From Candidatus Latescibacterota bacterium (GTDB taxonomy: Bacteria; Latescibacterota; UBA2968), in the NCBI GenBank assembly GCA_965207885.1, contig OZ242311.1, positions 4,096,001-4,160,000 of the forward strand: a DNA stretch of 64,000 bases, in the 5' to 3' direction. Every line of letters starts with the position of its first letter. The first letter of the stretch is position 1. A model generated the notes under the pieces. The model made no database searches and was not told where the DNA came from. It was given only the letters and a program-made list of their open reading frames with translations. The translations under genes and the position numbers were made by a program. Positions 19,244 to 29,748 of the stretch are shown in pieces.

Positions 19244-20190
19244 CACACACCTCCCCGCGACCGCCTGCTCGGCGCGATCAGCCCATCGTTGCGCCGATGT
19301 AAAAACCGATGCAACGCCATATCCAGAGGTTCAGAACACGCGAACTCTTCAATATCGATTTCCGCTGCCAAACACGCTTCTCTTATCGCGTCAAAATGTC
19401 GCCTGCGATTATCCAAATAGGCCTCTCGCACCTCCTCTGGCACGGCAAATTGCTCACGATTGTCCTCGGCATCCACCAGCGTCACCGACCGATCAAAGGG
19501 AAACGTCTGCTCAGCTGGATCACTCACCTGCAACACCAGCACATCGTGACGCTGCGCCCGCAAGGAACGCAAATGCACAATCATCTCATCTGCCGGATGC
19601 AACAAATCGCCGATTAGCACCACCATGCCCCGCGCAGGCAACACATCGCCCATCACGCGCAATGTCCCCGCCGTATCCGTCTCTTCACCCGCGGGCCTCA
19701 AATTGTCGATCTCCATCAAAATACGATGGCGTTGCCCATCTCGACGACGCGCTGGCACATGCACAATCAACTCCCGATGATAAGCGGCAAAACCCACGGC
19801 ATCCCCCTGACCAGAAGCCAGCATCACCAGACACGCCGCCAGCATCTGTGCATAGCGAAACTTGCTCACTTCTCCCGAACCATAGTCCATAGAAGCGCTG
19901 CAATCCAGCAAAACAGTAGAACGCAAATTGCGCTCATCCTGAAACTGCTTCACATGCAGCCGATCACTCCGCCCGTACAGCCGCCAATCCACAAAGCGCA
20001 AATCATCGCCCCAGGCGTAGGGACGATATTGGGCAAACTCGACCGACGCCCCGTGGTGAATACTGCGATGCGCCCCACCTTGCAACCCTGAAATAACCGT
20101 ACGCGCCAGAAGTTCCAGATCCGCAATACGCGCCAATTCTGCCGGATCGAGATATGTGTAAATAGAATTTTGCATAGCGGTCAGTCTCAT
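19243..20190 (-). CDS. DUF58 domain protein
   Basis: GAHRS..GASVEFAQYRPY..GDDLRFVDWRLYGRSDR, LLDCSASM. Confidence 0.92.
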   Translation of the reverse strand: MRLTAMQNSIYTYLDPAELARIADLELLARTVISGLQGGAHRSIHHGASVEFAQYRPYAWGDDLRFVDWRLYGRSDRLHVKQFQDERNLRSTVLLDCSASMDYGSGEVSKFRYAQMLAACLVMLASGQGDAVGFAAYHRELIVHVPARRRDGQRHRILMEIDNLRPAGEETDTAGTLRVMGDVLPARGMVVLIGDLLHPADEMIVHLRSLRAQRHDVLVLQVSDPAEQTFPFDRSVTLVDAEDNREQFAVPEEVREAYLDNRRRHFDAIREACLAAEIDIEEFACSEPLDMALHRFLHRRNDGLIAPSRRSRGGV

Positions 20191-21215
20191 ACCAGATCCG
20201 CTTCCGGCGGTTGAATAGTCTCCAACAGTCGATTGATGACATTCTCGGCATTTACGCGATCGGCTTCAGCTCTAAAATTAGTCAAAATGCGGTGGCGCAA
20301 CACATTAGGCGCAACCGCCTGAACATCGCCAAAAGAAACGTGGTATCGCCCCTTGAGCAGTGCCCGCGCCTTCGCCCCCAGCAACAACCCCTGCACGCCG
20401 CGCGTCCCAGCCCCCCAACTCACCCATGAAGTCACAAAATCCGGCGCTGTATCGCCAGGGCGGCTCGCCTGCACCAGTTGCACCGCATAACGCGCCACAG
20501 GCTCGGCAACCGGAACCATTCGCACCAGCCTGGCAAAATCGAGCATATCTGTCCCCGTAAACACAGGCTCGACCTCTTCGGCCTCAATCGCCGTCGTGCG
20601 CGTCGCCACGTCCAACTCTTCATCCTCCGCCAAATAATCAATCCAGATATTCATCATAAAACGGTCCAACTGCGCCTCGGGCAGTGGATAAGTACCCTCC
20701 AACTCAATGGGATTCTGCGTCGCCAGAACAAAAAACGGTTGCTCCAGCGCGTGCAAATTACCCCCTATTGTCACCTGCTTCTCCTCCATCGCCTCCAGCA
20801 GTGCAGCCTGCGTCTTAGGCGGTGTGCGGTTAATCTCATCAGCCAGCAAAATATGCGTAAAAACAGGACCCGGAATAAACCGCAACTCGCGGTGCCCTCC
20901 CACACGATCCTCATCGATAATCTCTGTACCCGTTATATCCGAAGGCATTAGATCTGGCGTAAACTGAACGCGCTTAAAATCCAAATCCAGAATCTTCGCA
21001 ATCGTACGCACCAGCAGCGTCTTTGCCAAACCCGGTGCCCCTGTCAACAAACAATGGCCGCCGCTAAACAACACAATCAGCAGCGACTCAATAACCTCAT
21101 CCTGCCCGACGATCACCTTGCGAATCTGCTCCATCATCCGCGCTCGACCATCGCGCAACTTGTCTATCGCCTCGGCTTCAAATGGCGTTTCCTGTACTTG
21201 AATGGTTTCTCCCAA
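20187..21215 (-). CDS. moxR: MoxR-family AAA+ ATPase
   Basis: GAPGLAKT, RVQFTPDLMPSDITG, LADEINRTPPKTQAALLEAMEE, ATQNPIELEGTYPLPEAQLDRF. Confidence 0.95.
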   Translation of the reverse strand: MGETIQVQETPFEAEAIDKLRDGRARMMEQIRKVIVGQDEVIESLLIVLFSGGHCLLTGAPGLAKTLLVRTIAKILDLDFKRVQFTPDLMPSDITGTEIIDEDRVGGHRELRFIPGPVFTHILLADEINRTPPKTQAALLEAMEEKQVTIGGNLHALEQPFFVLATQNPIELEGTYPLPEAQLDRFMMNIWIDYLAEDEELDVATRTTAIEAEEVEPVFTGTDMLDFARLVRMVPVAEPVARYAVQLVQASRPGDTAPDFVTSWVSWGAGTRGVQGLLLGAKARALLKGRYHVSFGDVQAVAPNVLRHRILTNFRAEADRVNAENVINRLLETIQPPEADLV

Positions 21216-21232
21216 AAATCACCTCAATTATT

Positions 21233-22087
21233 TTAATGCGTCATCGCATACACCACGATATTAATACCCATCGGATACGCCTTAGGCGCGGAAAAATGGC
21301 GAAAATACTCGTAATTCTCGCCCTCTCGCTCCCAGCCATCGCCCAAATCTGTATTGTGCATCACCACGACCATCAACCGCCCATCCCGGTCAAAAATACC
21401 CTTGCAGTGCGCCTCAGAACCGTATTGGTCATAACGCCCTGCCCAGCCCTCATAAGTAATCCCCGTCGATTGCCAGTCCCAGAAACTCCCCAGACCCGGC
21501 ACCTGCGGCACCTCCTTAATATCAAACACAATGTGAAACAACTCGTGATCCAGCGGAATATCCACCAGGGGAAATTCATCGGGTGGCAACACCTGAGAAA
21601 TCTCGTACTCCCAATTTCGCCACGCGTCATCTCCCCAGAAATCATCCACCAGCAAAAAACCACCGCGCAACAAATAATCGCGCAACCCTTCCTGCTCGGA
21701 CACACTCAGCGCCATCCGTCCCACTTCGAGCATATAAGTAAACGGATACTTAAACACCTCGGGATCATCGAGACGCACGACCACATGCTTAAACCGCCCA
21801 TCTTCTGTGCGATTCACATTGAGCGTTGTAATTTGAGACAACCGCAGTGAAAAATTCTCATCCGACTCGGGATAATCCACCGACCAACTGCCCCGCCGCC
21901 GCCGATACCCCCAATCATCATCGCCCGTATAATTCGAATACTCGATACGACAAAACGTAAACGTATTACCCGGAAAAATATCGCGTTCCATCCGCTCAAT
22001 AGGACCTCGCCGTCTGCGACCGAACTGTGCATCGACATCCCACTCGGGCATCAACAGCACCAACAAACACGCCAACAAAATTCGCAT
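21233..22087 (-). CDS. DUF4159 domain protein
   Basis: WSVDYP, LRDYLLRGGFLLVDDFWG, HNTDLGDGWE, GINIVVYAMTH. Confidence 0.9.
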   Translation of the reverse strand: MRILLACLLVLLMPEWDVDAQFGRRRRGPIERMERDIFPGNTFTFCRIEYSNYTGDDDWGYRRRRGSWSVDYPESDENFSLRLSQITTLNVNRTEDGRFKHVVVRLDDPEVFKYPFTYMLEVGRMALSVSEQEGLRDYLLRGGFLLVDDFWGDDAWRNWEYEISQVLPPDEFPLVDIPLDHELFHIVFDIKEVPQVPGLGSFWDWQSTGITYEGWAGRYDQYGSEAHCKGIFDRDGRLMVVVMHNTDLGDGWEREGENYEYFRHFSAPKAYPMGINIVVYAMTH

Positions 22088-24510
22088 CACGGCACCTCCA
22101 CCAATTCCAACAACAACTGTTGTGCATCCCAAAAATGCGGCATGGTTTCCAACAGCGCGAGCACCTCGGCTTTTGCTGCCACAACCTCGCCCTTTTTTAC
22201 GAGCGCCTCCGCCAGATTGAGCCGATGCTCGGCGCGTCCTGGTACATCCAGATAAATAAGCCGACGCCAATCCGCGATAGCCGCATTCCAGTCTTCCAGC
22301 ATCTCGTAAACCTCGGCGCTTTGTGTCAGTATCTCAACCTGAAAAGGACGCACCGCCAACGCCCGGTCCAGCACTGCACGCGCAGCCGTCCAGTCTTTAT
22401 CCTCCACATAAAATCCACTCAATAACAGGCAGGCTTCATGCGCCATCGCATCCCATCCAACGAGCTTTTTTAATGCTTTGCGATACCACTCCGGATCACC
22501 GCGCACAGCACCGGCATCTGCCCATAGCCGCAAAGGCGCATCTTCCGCAGCATAGTCCGGATACAAAGCGTACGCCTCCAGGAAAAACCGCTCGGCATCC
22601 GCCCAGTTTTCTGTCTCAACTGCCTCTTTTCCGGCATCCACCGCCTTGCGAAACTCCGAATTTTTGGACAGCGCCTTGAGGGGTGCGCATCGATTCCCCA
22701 GATATTCCATAAACCGCTCATCCATAAGACGGGCAGAAACACCACTGGCCGAAATCAACGCCTCAACAGCCTCCATGCCATCGCCAATGCGGTCGAGTGC
22801 CGTCACCAGTGCATCGTGACCGTAGTGATTCACGTAAAAAGCCACAAACTCGCCCGATACAAAATACCCATACATCAGATGCATCGGCGTTTCTGGATCG
22901 GTAAAAAACCGCCCGAGATCGCCTACAGCGGGAAACCCCTCGCCATCTACAATATGTTTAAATTCCGGCCCCAGTCGCTGCCCCCACGACACATCCTTTT
23001 GCGTCTCTTCATAGACCGAAATCCCCTCCGACAACCAGCGCGGCATGCGATTGTGGGTCTTTTGCAGCGTAATCACATGCACAAACTCGTGCCACAACAC
23101 CTGTTGCCAGTTCATCGTACCGGGTGGTCGTGCCCGGGGAGAATCCATCGTAACCAACCGCCCAAAACAAATACCCAAATGCCCCGCATTGCCCGGCAGT
23201 CCAACCGACCGCACCATAAACACATCGTGATCGTCAAACACCTGCACCACCACGGGCGTGTGCAACTCAATATTGTATTTTCTCTGATAGTATAAAGCCG
23301 CTTCATTGAGCAGCTTCAACAACTCATCGGACATCACCTCGGCTTCTTGCCTGGGCAATTGCAACTTAAAAATACCGCGCGATATCGTCACAAAACCATC
23401 GATCGCATCGGCAGCTTCGAGTAAGTTATACGCCCGCACGCTATATGGGTCGGCAGCAAAAACTTGCTCCAACTCGCTCCGAGCCTCGGCATCTTTGCCC
23501 AACCGCAACAAATCATACGCCAACAGCAAACGCGCCTCGACATCTTTTGCATCAATTTCCAATGCACGCGCTTGAAAAGCACGCCCTTCTTCAAACCGGT
23601 ATTGCCGCGACGCAATGCGCCCGGGAATGCGAAAAGCCCCTGAAAAATACCTATTAAAAGCCAATACTCGTTCCTGCGTCTTTTGCATCGCCGCAGAATC
23701 GTCCAATAAAAAAAACGCCGCCGCCTTTAACCCCAGCGCTTTCAGGTGATTTGGATTAACAGAAAGGATAGAATCCAACACCTCAAGCGCATCATGTGGC
23801 GCATTGCGATCCAGCAATTGCTCGGCTTGCAACCGCTGGACCTCTAAATGATTCGGATTGAGGGCGAGAAGTTGCGCCATCACTTCCAAAACCCGCTCAT
23901 CGCCCGCGCGGTAATAACACCACATCAACCCCGCCAAAGCCTCCTGGTTCTCGGGATCCAACGCGATCGCTGCACCGTATTTTTCTGACGCCACGTCAAA
24001 AGCGCGTTTATTCAGTGCCAGATTGCCCGCCGCAACCAGCACAGACGCGCTATTGGGAAAAACCTCAGCCATCAAATTGTAAAACCGCAACAGCGATTTT
24101 GGATCTTCGCCCTTTAACTCGCGCAGACGCGCAACCGCGACCAAATCATCGACATCAGGGCGATATTCCGACAACAAACGCACCTGATCCTCGGCCTTCA
24201 TCAATGCCAGACCATAATCGCCCATCCGACCGCGCATGCGATACAACTCGGCCAATCGCACGGTCACATCGAGTGCACTTCCAACCCCTTCCAATTGTGC
24301 AATCGCTTCGTCAACGCGACCTGTTAGCACCAGCAACTCAGCATAATCCCGCCGCGTTGACCACGGATGATAAGACGCGCGCTCGAGCACTTTCACCGCC
24401 TCGGCATAATCACCCCGCGCCCACAGCACGCGATAATCTGTCTCCTGCGCAGAAACGCTGTCCGAGCTAAGAAGGATTACAAAGATTAAATATGTAATTT
24501 GAAAACGCAT
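22087..24510 (-). CDS. TPR-repeat protein with peptidase MA-like (HExxH) domain
   Basis: Signal peptide, TPR-like helices, VLWHEFVHVITL..PRWLSEG. Confidence 0.85.
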   Translation of the reverse strand: MRFQITYLIFVILLSSDSVSAQETDYRVLWARGDYAEAVKVLERASYHPWSTRRDYAELLVLTGRVDEAIAQLEGVGSALDVTVRLAELYRMRGRMGDYGLALMKAEDQVRLLSEYRPDVDDLVAVARLRELKGEDPKSLLRFYNLMAEVFPNSASVLVAAGNLALNKRAFDVASEKYGAAIALDPENQEALAGLMWCYYRAGDERVLEVMAQLLALNPNHLEVQRLQAEQLLDRNAPHDALEVLDSILSVNPNHLKALGLKAAAFFLLDDSAAMQKTQERVLAFNRYFSGAFRIPGRIASRQYRFEEGRAFQARALEIDAKDVEARLLLAYDLLRLGKDAEARSELEQVFAADPYSVRAYNLLEAADAIDGFVTISRGIFKLQLPRQEAEVMSDELLKLLNEAALYYQRKYNIELHTPVVVQVFDDHDVFMVRSVGLPGNAGHLGICFGRLVTMDSPRARPPGTMNWQQVLWHEFVHVITLQKTHNRMPRWLSEGISVYEETQKDVSWGQRLGPEFKHIVDGEGFPAVGDLGRFFTDPETPMHLMYGYFVSGEFVAFYVNHYGHDALVTALDRIGDGMEAVEALISASGVSARLMDERFMEYLGNRCAPLKALSKNSEFRKAVDAGKEAVETENWADAERFFLEAYALYPDYAAEDAPLRLWADAGAVRGDPEWYRKALKKLVGWDAMAHEACLLLSGFYVEDKDWTAARAVLDRALAVRPFQVEILTQSAEVYEMLEDWNAAIADWRRLIYLDVPGRAEHRLNLAEALVKKGEVVAAKAEVLALLETMPHFWDAQQLLLELVEVP

Positions 24511-24622
24511 AATCAGTGAGTAAAATTATTCCCTATTCAAAGGCATATTGAAGCGTTCTTCGCATATCAATTTCGACCTCAATATCATCAGGTTTGTTCC
24601 CCTCACACTTTTCCCTTCACAG

Positions 24623-24659
24623 TGAACTGGTCTGAACCGCGACCAGTTGTACACCGTTC
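24623..24659 (-). repeat. Dispersed hairpin element, copy 2
   Basis: Reverse complement GAACGGTGTACAACTGGTCGCGGTTCAGACCAGTTCA inside a degenerate pyrimidine-rich heptamer array. Confidence 0.85.
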
Positions 24660-24676
24660 CTCCCTTCCCCTCCTTC

Positions 24677-25648
24677 TCACCTATTATACGGAAAATGCCC
24701 CCCGCGCACATTGCGCCATACCGCGTCACAAGCCTCTAACACATCCTCATCCAAACGCCCATCTGCCGCCTGAATATTGTGCGCCAGGTGTTCCAACTTG
24801 CTCGCACCCAAAATCATCGAATCGACAATCGACTGAGACATCAACCATTGCAAAGACAATTCAATCATCGTCTTGCCCGCATTATGTGCAATCTGCTTCA
24901 ATTCATCAAGCGCATCAAAATTGCGATCATACCAGAACCTGCCGTAATAATCCCTATTCAAATCGAAACGCGTGCCCTCTGCCGGTTCAGTATCCCTCGT
25001 GTGCTTGCCCGTCAGCATACCCGCAGCGAGCGGATTATATACCGCCATTCCGATATTCATTTCACGACTAAACGCAACGCACTCTTCATCAATACTCCGC
25101 GTAATCAAATTATAGGGCACCTGCAACACCACGGGCGGTGCCCAATTGTTTACATCGCATTTCCAAAGCGCTTTCATCACCTGCCACGAAGCGAAATTCG
25201 ACATCCCCACATATATGACCTTCCCCTGTTGTACCAATGTGTCAAACGCCGCCATTGTCTCTTCAAGAGGCGTATTCCAATCGGGCTTGTGCAAATAGAG
25301 AATATCCAGACAATCGGTCTGCAACCGCTTCAAACACGCTTCCACTCCCCGAATCACGTGCCAGCGGTGCAAGCCCTGATCCTTAATCTCATCCTGTCCG
25401 ACAAAATTGGCGATCTTGCTCGCCAAAATCACCCGATCGCGTTTGCCCTTGAGCGCCGTACCCACAATTTCTTCGGACACGCCATTCACATAAGTATCTG
25501 CCGTATCGATAAAATTCACACCGGCATCCAGAGCCGTATCTACCATGCGAATAGACGTAGCCTCATCGGCCTGGTCGCCAAATGTCATAGCTCCCAAACA
25601 TATACGCGACACGCGAATACCCGTCCCTCTTAAAACGCGATACTCCAT
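24677..25648 (-). CDS. Aldo/keto reductase
   Basis: ICLGAMTFG, NFIDTADTY, SEEIVG, LKRLQTD..LYLH, GKVIYVGMSN, YNPLAAGMLTGK. Confidence 0.93.
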   Translation of the reverse strand: MEYRVLRGTGIRVSRICLGAMTFGDQADEATSIRMVDTALDAGVNFIDTADTYVNGVSEEIVGTALKGKRDRVILASKIANFVGQDEIKDQGLHRWHVIRGVEACLKRLQTDCLDILYLHKPDWNTPLEETMAAFDTLVQQGKVIYVGMSNFASWQVMKALWKCDVNNWAPPVVLQVPYNLITRSIDEECVAFSREMNIGMAVYNPLAAGMLTGKHTRDTEPAEGTRFDLNRDYYGRFWYDRNFDALDELKQIAHNAGKTMIELSLQWLMSQSIVDSMILGASKLEHLAHNIQAADGRLDEDVLEACDAVWRNVRGGHFPYNR

Positions 25649-25738
25649 CTCTCCTCCTAACTGTTGCTTGTGCAATCTTTTTTCTTATCTTTAACTATCG
25701 CTATAACATAACACCATCTCGTGACTTCGCAATATACT

Positions 25739-25912
25739 ATGGTCTGGCTCTTCATCTTTATTTTTATCGCATTTTGGGTCTATATGGGCATTGAACTCTA
25801 CCTGTATTTCCGAAAACCCAAACATACCGACAACTGGGATGAAATGTCCGAATGGGCGTGGCGGCGCACGGTGCGCAAAGCCATTGACGAGATGTTAAAA
25901 GAGAAGCGGTAG
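25739..25912 (+). CDS. Small membrane protein
   Basis: Single hydrophobic N-terminal segment then charged tail; upstream of ctaA. Confidence 0.45.
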   Translation: MVWLFIFIFIAFWVYMGIELYLYFRKPKHTDNWDEMSEWAWRRTVRKAIDEMLKEKR

Positions 25913-25924
25913 TCAGCAGGTTTT

Positions 25925-26866
25925 ATGAACGCATTCCAAAAAACCGCCATCACCACCCTCGTCGCGATCCTCTTGCTCATCGGCGTTGGCAGTCTCGTGC
26001 GCGTTTCAGGCGCGGGCCTGGGATGTCCAGACTGGCCCCGGTGCTGGGGCTGCTGGTTCCCGCCCTCGAGTATCGACGACATCGACCGGGCCTATCTCGC
26101 AGAACGCGGGCTAAACATCGAAGACTTCAACCCTGTCAAAATGTGGATCGAATACATCAACCGCCTCATCGGCATAATCATCGGCCTGCTGGTTATCGCC
26201 ACCTTCTTGCGCGCCATCCCATATCGAAAAACACACCCCGCCATCTTCTATGGATCGCTAATAGCCGTCTTCCTGGTTGGCTTTGAAGGCTGGCTCGGCG
26301 GTCAAGTCGTAAAATCCGGCCTCAAACCCGGCATGATCACATTGCACATGGCAGGCGCAATGGTACTCTTGTGCCTGTTGCTCTACGTCACATTTCGCGC
26401 CGTTGACATCCGCCTTCCCGCCACATTGCCCTCCCCCAAAGTGCTCGCCCATCTCTCGGCCTTGCTCTTCATCATCGTATGTATTCAAATGCTACTCGGC
26501 ACACAGGTGCGCGAAGCCATCGATCCCTACATCAAAAACAGCGCGGGCGTCTCTCGCAGTGCATGGATCGCCAATATTGGCCTTATGGATCACATCCACC
26601 GCTCTTTCACCTGGGTGGTAATTGCCGTTGCCGCTTATCTCGTCTATATCATACGCAAAAATGCAATAAGAGGCTTGCTCAAAGTGAGCAGCTACCTCGC
26701 ATTCGCACTCATTCTGTTTCAAGCAGCCAATGGCATAGCTCTGGCGTATGGCGGGCTACCCCGCGTATTTCAAGTACTCCATCTCGTGACCGCGGCCCTG
26801 CTAATCTGCGCGGTCTATGCCCTGTGGCTCACACTGAGAACCATCAACACAAGGAGGTCTTCATGA
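25925..26866 (+). CDS. ctaA: Heme A synthase (COX15/CtaA family)
   Basis: VR..GAGLGCPDWPRC, WIEYINR, GWLGG, LH, LLGTQVRE, HIHR, QVLHL; about 8 TMs. Confidence 0.88.
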   Translation: MNAFQKTAITTLVAILLLIGVGSLVRVSGAGLGCPDWPRCWGCWFPPSSIDDIDRAYLAERGLNIEDFNPVKMWIEYINRLIGIIIGLLVIATFLRAIPYRKTHPAIFYGSLIAVFLVGFEGWLGGQVVKSGLKPGMITLHMAGAMVLLCLLLYVTFRAVDIRLPATLPSPKVLAHLSALLFIIVCIQMLLGTQVREAIDPYIKNSAGVSRSAWIANIGLMDHIHRSFTWVVIAVAAYLVYIIRKNAIRGLLKVSSYLAFALILFQAANGIALAYGGLPRVFQVLHLVTAALLICAVYALWLTLRTINTRRSS

Positions 26867-27822
26867 AAGTTTCCGTCTGGCACCGCGAACTCTCCGATTC
26901 GTATCTGCGATTTGTCACCCAACTCGGCGCTGACGCCCTCGATTTTGGGACTGATACGGACATTCCCGGCGTTGCAGAACAGGGGTATCCCGACCTGGAC
27001 GAACTTCTAAAAGTAAAGAAAAAAATCCATTCCTGGGGCCTGTCGATCAACCGCGTCAGCCTGCCGAATATCACGGAAAAATTTATGACCGATCAACCCG
27101 GCGGCGAAAAAGAACTCGAAAATACATGTACGGCACTGCGCATACTTGCCGAAGCAGGCGTACCCATTGCACGACAGCGATTCTGGGGCGACACCTTTAA
27201 CGAACTCATGTTTCGCTACCGATCTGAACACCGCGGCGGATACCTCTCGCGAGGCGAAAGTCAGGCACTGACCAATCCCGTGCCCGAAACCCCCGATTAC
27301 GAAGCCCTGCAAGACTGGTGGAAACACTTCTGCATCGTCTATGAAAACCTCGTGCCCATAGCCGAAGAAACCGGGATTAAGCTCGCCATTCACCCGTCCG
27401 ACACCCCCAATCCGGACACCCCGTTGGGCGGCCTGGGATTTCACCGCGTCATCGACGCCTTTCCCAGCGCGCAAGTCGGCTATCTCTACTGCTGTGGCAC
27501 CCGCGCCGAAGCTGGCGGCTCACCGCTCGTCCTCGACGAAATTAACAACTACGGCCGCAAAGGTCGTATCTTCATGATACACTTCCGCAACGTGCGCGGC
27601 TCACTCGCCACGGCGCGCGGTTTTGAAGAAACTTTGCTCGATGACGGCGACATGAACATGTTTAAGCTCTTGCTGGAACTCAATCGCGTGGGCTTTGATG
27701 GCTGTCTGAATCCCGACCACATTCCTGGGCTCGAAGGCGACAACGATCCCATCACGGGCGGGCTGGCTTACTCCGTGGGCTACATCAAAGCACTATTTGC
27801 CGCCCTTGCCGCCCTGCCATAA
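26863..27822 (+). CDS. Mannonate dehydratase (UxuA)-like protein
   Basis: PIAEETGIKLAIHPSD, IHFRNVRG, FEETLLDDGD, NPDHIP, YSVGYIKAL; AAGGAGG RBS. Confidence 0.85.
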   Translation: MKVSVWHRELSDSYLRFVTQLGADALDFGTDTDIPGVAEQGYPDLDELLKVKKKIHSWGLSINRVSLPNITEKFMTDQPGGEKELENTCTALRILAEAGVPIARQRFWGDTFNELMFRYRSEHRGGYLSRGESQALTNPVPETPDYEALQDWWKHFCIVYENLVPIAEETGIKLAIHPSDTPNPDTPLGGLGFHRVIDAFPSAQVGYLYCCGTRAEAGGSPLVLDEINNYGRKGRIFMIHFRNVRGSLATARGFEETLLDDGDMNMFKLLLELNRVGFDGCLNPDHIPGLEGDNDPITGGLAYSVGYIKALFAALAALP

Positions 27823-27849
27823 TGCGGCGACTGCGACGCGCTCACCATC

Positions 27850-27878
27850 TTGACAACCCATAAGCGATTTGATATATT
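27850..27878 (+). promoter_or_regulatory. sigma70-like promoter of tRNA-Leu(CAG)
   Basis: TTGACA-N17-TATATT. Confidence 0.7.
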
Positions 27879-27899
27879 TGCCTTCGCACTGGATCAGGT

Positions 27900-27986
27900 G
27901 CCGAAGTGATGGAACTGGTAGACGTGCGGCGTTCAGGGCGCCGTGGGCTTAGGCCCGTGTGGGTTCGAATCCCACCTTCGGCACCA
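27900..27986 (+). tRNA. tRNA-Leu(CAG)
   Basis: GCCGAAGTGATGGAACTGGTAGACGTGCGGCGTTCAGGGCGCCG..long variable arm..GGTTCGAATCCCACCTTCGGCACCA. Confidence 0.97.
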
Positions 27987-28007
27987 TAAATTCTCACATA
28001 GAACACA

Positions 28008-28042
28008 GAAAGGGTTATGCCGCTCGGCATAACCCTTTTTTA
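28008..28042 (+). terminator. Rho-independent terminator
   Basis: AAAGGGTTATGCCG-CT-CGGCATAACCCTTTTTT. Confidence 0.85.
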
Positions 28043-28061
28043 TACACAACGGAGCGCGAGG

Positions 28062-28949
28062 GTGATCAATTACGGCGAAGGAGTTGCACTTGGGGCGTCA
28101 TTGGTTTGGGCATCCACCAGCCTCGTCTTAAGAACGCTATCCCAGCATCAGCCATCGGCACTCATCACAGCCATCCGCTGTGGGATTTCTGGACCTTTTT
28201 TCTGGATGCTATTGCCTTTCGGTCCCCCCCTATCCACACTGATCAACGTACCGCTACACGAATGGGGCCTTTTGATCGGCTCCGTATTCATCGGCATAGT
28301 CATTGGCGATCAGCTCTATTTGCACGCCATGAAAGAAATTGGCGTATCGCGCACAATGGCTCTGGTTGGCACACTTCCAATTACCACGCTAATTTGGGAA
28401 CAATTGCTACTCGATGTACCCGTCACCCACACCTTTATTTTTGGATGCGTGTTGGCGGCATCCGGCGTTATCTTACTCTCTCAACGACCACGCAAAAAAC
28501 GCCAGGACACACAGGAACATCCCATCCGCCTCAAACGCGGGATAATCTTCGCCCTTCTTACAGCCTTGCTCTGGGGTTTGAGTACCACCATGCTCAAACC
28601 TGCAATGACCCATCTCACCAGCATTCAGGCCAACAGCGTGCGAATGCCGCTCGTAGCCATGGCATTATTTGGTATTTGGCGGCTCAATCAGGGGCGCGGC
28701 AACCTGCGCGACATCGGATGGCGGACATTTGCTCTGATTGCCCTGACCGGACTTTTGGGCATGGGCTTCGGATCATTCTTCTATGTCGAAGCCGTACTGT
28801 TTATCGGACCAGCCAAAACAGCAACACTAACAACTGCAACACCCGTCCTCGCACTCATCCTAGCCGTGATCTTTCTCAAAGAACAAATTACGCTCCGCCT
28901 CCTCACGGGGGTTGCCCTCTGCGTGGCTGGCGTTCTCCTCGTGCTTTGA
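28062..28949 (+). CDS. DMT/EamA family transporter
   Basis: About 10 TMs in two EamA-like halves; GTG start after GAGG. Confidence 0.88.
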   Translation: MINYGEGVALGASLVWASTSLVLRTLSQHQPSALITAIRCGISGPFFWMLLPFGPPLSTLINVPLHEWGLLIGSVFIGIVIGDQLYLHAMKEIGVSRTMALVGTLPITTLIWEQLLLDVPVTHTFIFGCVLAASGVILLSQRPRKKRQDTQEHPIRLKRGIIFALLTALLWGLSTTMLKPAMTHLTSIQANSVRMPLVAMALFGIWRLNQGRGNLRDIGWRTFALIALTGLLGMGFGSFFYVEAVLFIGPAKTATLTTATPVLALILAVIFLKEQITLRLLTGVALCVAGVLLVL

Positions 28950-28964
28950 TCCTTGATTGCACAG

Positions 28965-28993
28965 TTGACAAAGTCTTAAGTACAAATTAAACT
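28965..28993 (+). promoter_or_regulatory. sigma70-like promoter of nitrile hydratase operon
   Basis: TTGACA-N17-TAAACT. Confidence 0.6.
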
Positions 28994-29048
28994 ATGTCCC
29001 CTTCAGAAACCCAGTGAATATACACGACAGCTAAAAACAGGAGCAAAC

Positions 29049-29720
29049 ATGGACGGCATTCACGACATGGGCGGGATGCATGGATTTGGTCCCATAGAGC
29101 GCGAAGAAAACGAACCCTTATTTCACCACCCCTGGGAAAGCCGGGTACTCGCCATATCCGTAGCCACACCTGTGCCGATCCCCGGAGGCTCTCGCAACAA
29201 CATCGAAAACATGGATCCGGCGCACTACCTCTCGTCCAGCTATTACGAAAAATGGCTATACTCCCGTATCAAAGGACTGATCGACGCAGGCGTACTAACC
29301 CCGGAAGAGATGGAAACGCGGATGGCGCTCTTCCGCAACAATCCCAATGCCGAAACTCCTGCACACCCCGATCCCGATGCCGTCAGGGCAGAACTCAAAC
29401 GATCCCGTCCCGCTAATCCACCCAAACAAAAAATGGACATCCAGCCACAATTTTCCAATGGTGACCGCGTAAAAGCGCGCAATATCCATCCCGAAGGGCA
29501 CACCCGGCTTCCCCGATACGTACGGGGCAAATACGGCACAATCACCAATTACTACGGCATCGATAACCTCCAGGACACCGAACTGCCTGCAGGATGTAAA
29601 AATCGCCAGCAACCCTTATACGCCGTGCGCTTTGAAGCCTCGGAACTGTGGGATAGTGCCGCCGAAACAAAAAGTGCCGTCTATCTGGACATGTGGGAAA
29701 GCTATCTGGAACCCATTTAA
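29049..29720 (+). CDS. nthB: Nitrile hydratase beta subunit
   Basis: [50 protein letters not shown]. Confidence 0.96.
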   Translation: MDGIHDMGGMHGFGPIEREENEPLFHHPWESRVLAISVATPVPIPGGSRNNIENMDPAHYLSSSYYEKWLYSRIKGLIDAGVLTPEEMETRMALFRNNPNAETPAHPDPDAVRAELKRSRPANPPKQKMDIQPQFSNGDRVKARNIHPEGHTRLPRYVRGKYGTITNYYGIDNLQDTELPAGCKNRQQPLYAVRFEASELWDSAAETKSAVYLDMWESYLEPI

Positions 29721-29748
29721 CCATCCCCAGGCACAAAAGGATATTTTT

